Positions 51,978-54,213 of a stretch of 54,213 nt of DNA are shown piece by piece. Numbering within the stretch: position 1 is the stretch's first letter; every line of letters begins with the position of its first letter. The position numbers and the translations under genes were made by a program. The notes beneath the pieces are model-generated. The model searched no databases, was not told the origin of the DNA, and saw nothing but the letters and a program-made list of their open reading frames with translations. Origin of the DNA: Barthelona sp. PAP020 (Eukaryota); contig JARQWU010000039.1 of assembly GCA_040182905.1 (NCBI GenBank), positions 1 through 54,213 on the forward strand, in the 5' to 3' direction.

Positions 51978-52437
51978 GTGTTCGTGGCAAAGCGGACGGA
52001 TTTCACGTAAAAGACAATATAAATGTGTTTCACACGACAATAATAATAAATGTTTATAAAGATCTTTATTGTTCTCGGTTAGAGTTTGAGGGTACTTGCA
52101 GCTGAGTCGTTTTGCGTGGATGGTTCAGAACACTTTTAAAAAAAAAAGAAATACTTTAGGTGTGGATGGGGCGATTATCTAAATAAAAGTTTAATAATCT
52201 CTTTCCTTCTTGCCTATAAATTTTGATTGTTCTTCTCTGGGTTTCCTTGATGAAACCTTGTAATTCCTTGCTAACCTACTATGCACACTTGCATCCTTAT
52301 TACCCTGAATCATTTGATTCTTTGTTGTTATTTCACTTTCAATTTTGATATCCATTAATATCAGAAATTGCAAGAAGAAACCTTAAACACATTTATATTG
52401 TCTTTCACCTGAAATCCGTCCGCTTTGCTACGAACAC
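51978..52437. repeat. 53-bp inverted repeat pair (51978-52030 and 52385-52437)
   Basis: GTGTTCGT(G/A)GCAAAGCGGACGGATTTCA(C/G)GT(A/G)AAAGACAATATAAATGTGTTT; 50 of 53 positions match. Confidence 0.9.
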
Positions 52438-53011
52438 TGTTTTGATCTCCTCTTTTCCAGATTTAAAATTTTCTTTCTTATGGGATTATTAGGTTTATAT
52501 GCAGGAGTATTTTGGTTAGTTCTTCCTTTGCGTCTTCTTTCGGTGAAATTTTTGTTGTTGCCAAATTAATTTCCTGTCAATTTTAGAATACTCTTAAAAA
52601 AAGAAATATTTCTTGTTTAGATGCGGATGGTTTTGAAAAACAGTGTAACACTGTTCCACTCTTCCTTTATTCACTGATTCCATTAATTTCATAAATCTCG
52701 AAATTACATATTATTTGCTTTAGCCTTTCAATTTTGATGTGCATCAATATCAGAAATTGCAAGAAACCGTCAACACATTAAAACAAATCTTTGTAAAAAG
52801 AATTATGGGGCTTTTTGTCATGTAAACTTCATTATTGCCCAATTAAACCTAATAAAAGCTCATATTTTTATCAAATCGAAAAGAAGTTCAAATAATCAAA
52901 CTTAGATCAATTGTCTCAATATTCATTCTTAAACTAGACTAAAAACAAGGCAAAAAGCATTGTTAAATATAAAAAGAAATTGGTGAAAATATACATTTAT
53001 TGAAAAGAAGA

Positions 53012-53469
53012 CTAGACATCAAATTCTGAAGATTTCATGGATGTGTTGAACTTTTGGTCCATACCCATTGATTTCATTGTGCTGCCAAAAATATCATCAA
53101 CATTCAAGGGTTTATCATCAAAATCATCAAAATCATTATAATTTCCTTCAATTTGAGGGGTATTCATATACTCAGAAGAATTTCGGTCAGGTAATGTAAA
53201 AGCAGTATTAACATTGATGGTATTTTTCATTTGTGGGGAAGAAATAATTTCAGTTCGATTATGAATGTCTAATTGCCATGTTTGTCTTTGTTTTTCCAAA
53301 AAAATATTCATGTTTTCAATATTTTCATACAAATTAGCATGTGATTCCTTTGCTTTTGCAACTTCACCTTCTAATCGATTGAGAATATCGAAAAGTTGAG
53401 TGAATCTCTTGTTCATATCCTTAAAATTAGTTTTAATTTTTGAAATTATCAACATACATTGTCATTCAT
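53012..53469 (-). CDS. Small coiled-coil protein, candidate DASH/Dam1 subunit; exons 53469-53458 and 53419-53012
   Basis: The spliced product is MNDN|DMNKRFTQLFDILNRLEGEVAKAKESHANLYENIENMNIFL...WQLDI. Confidence 0.6.
53420..53457 (-). other. Spliceosomal intron (38 nt)
   Basis: GTATGT...AACTAATTTTAAG; splicing links ATG 53469 in frame to the ORF. Confidence 0.8.
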
Positions 53470-53522
53470 TTGAAAAAAAAAAAGTTTTTGAATGGAATCA
53501 TTGTGAACCACAAACTTCTTTC

Positions 53523-54087
53523 ATGCCCAAAAAAGTTCTTTATCAATTTATTTGTTACTAATCTTTAGCGACAGAATGTGAAAAATTTCAAACAACAAAG
53601 ATCCAAAAAACCTTTGAAAAAAAAAGATCCCCAATTGGAAAATGACGATTTGAAAGAAGGTGTTTGTAATTTATTAAATGTAGATAAAAATTCTGAGAAT
53701 TTTTCGATTTTGGCTTCATTGGAGAGGCTGATTTCTAAAGAGCATTATGATTCACCCAATAATAGTGGAAAAAATCAATTTTATGGTTCAATTGACGCAA
53801 TGTTTGAAATAACTTTATTACAAAAGAGAGTTGATGAATTAGAGAATCAATTGCTTCGATATAAGTTGATTGATCCTCATGATGAAAATTTGGCTGCAAG
53901 AATGATTAACAAGTGTGAAAATTTGCAAAAAGAAAATGATATTTTAAGAAAGATCATTGAATCAAATGGAATTCCTTTAGAATATTCTTCTAACACTATA
54001 TTACCTTCTCAATCTAATGTACCATTTGATGTTGCTGGTGCATTGAATGAGTGTTTGATAAAATTAAAAAAAAATAAATTGATGTAG
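53523..54087 (+). CDS. Hypothetical coiled-coil protein; exons 53523-53534 and 53569-54087
   Basis: ORF 53578 has only a GTG start; removing a 34-nt intron gives MPKK|RQNVKNFKQQRSKK in frame. Confidence 0.7.
53535..53568 (+). other. Spliceosomal intron (34 nt)
   Basis: GTTCTT...TACTAATCTTTAG. Confidence 0.75.
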
Positions 54088-54213
54088 AAATTGCTTTTTT
54101 ATTTGATATTTATGAATGTTTAATGAACAATTGTGAGGCGTATGTACGAAATTGTATTCAATTTCACTACCCACGGTGTACGAAAGAAACTGAAATACCC
54201 CAATTTGAACAAC

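Overview
AT-rich, gene-dense, almost intron-free eukaryotic DNA from a flagellated protist. A metamonad is the best inference, from an archaeal-type ProRS and short introns with a Giardia/Trichomonas-like fused branch point and 3' splice site. The core (0.9-45.5 kb) holds housekeeping genes: an intact inner-arm dynein heavy chain (DNAH6-like), HERP-like, TBCE-like, CDKL5-like, YIP1, Vti1-like SNARE, Ku70, WDR55, WBP1/OST48, a metallophosphoesterase, ACL4, ProRS, aspartate aminotransferase, RPL10A, spliced RPS17, a TSNAXIP1-like protein and several orphans. The 45.7-52.8 kb stretch is an unstable accessory region with pseudogenes, direct and inverted repeats, an assembly gap and tRNA-Gly(TCC). 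The strongest novel signal is an unannotated ~67-aa C-terminal domain (SE..L.K..G..VS.L...IR.L...G...NQ.E....CWDL.D.NE.NGGNM) present four times. It is fused twice to ankyrin arrays and twice to WD40 propellers, and the ankyrin repeats vary mainly at binding-surface positions, which suggests a modular sensor/adaptor repertoire. Three spliceosomal introns missed by the ORF track were found; one of them completes a candidate Dam1 (DASH kinetochore) protein. Gene calls rest on motif recognition, not database searches.
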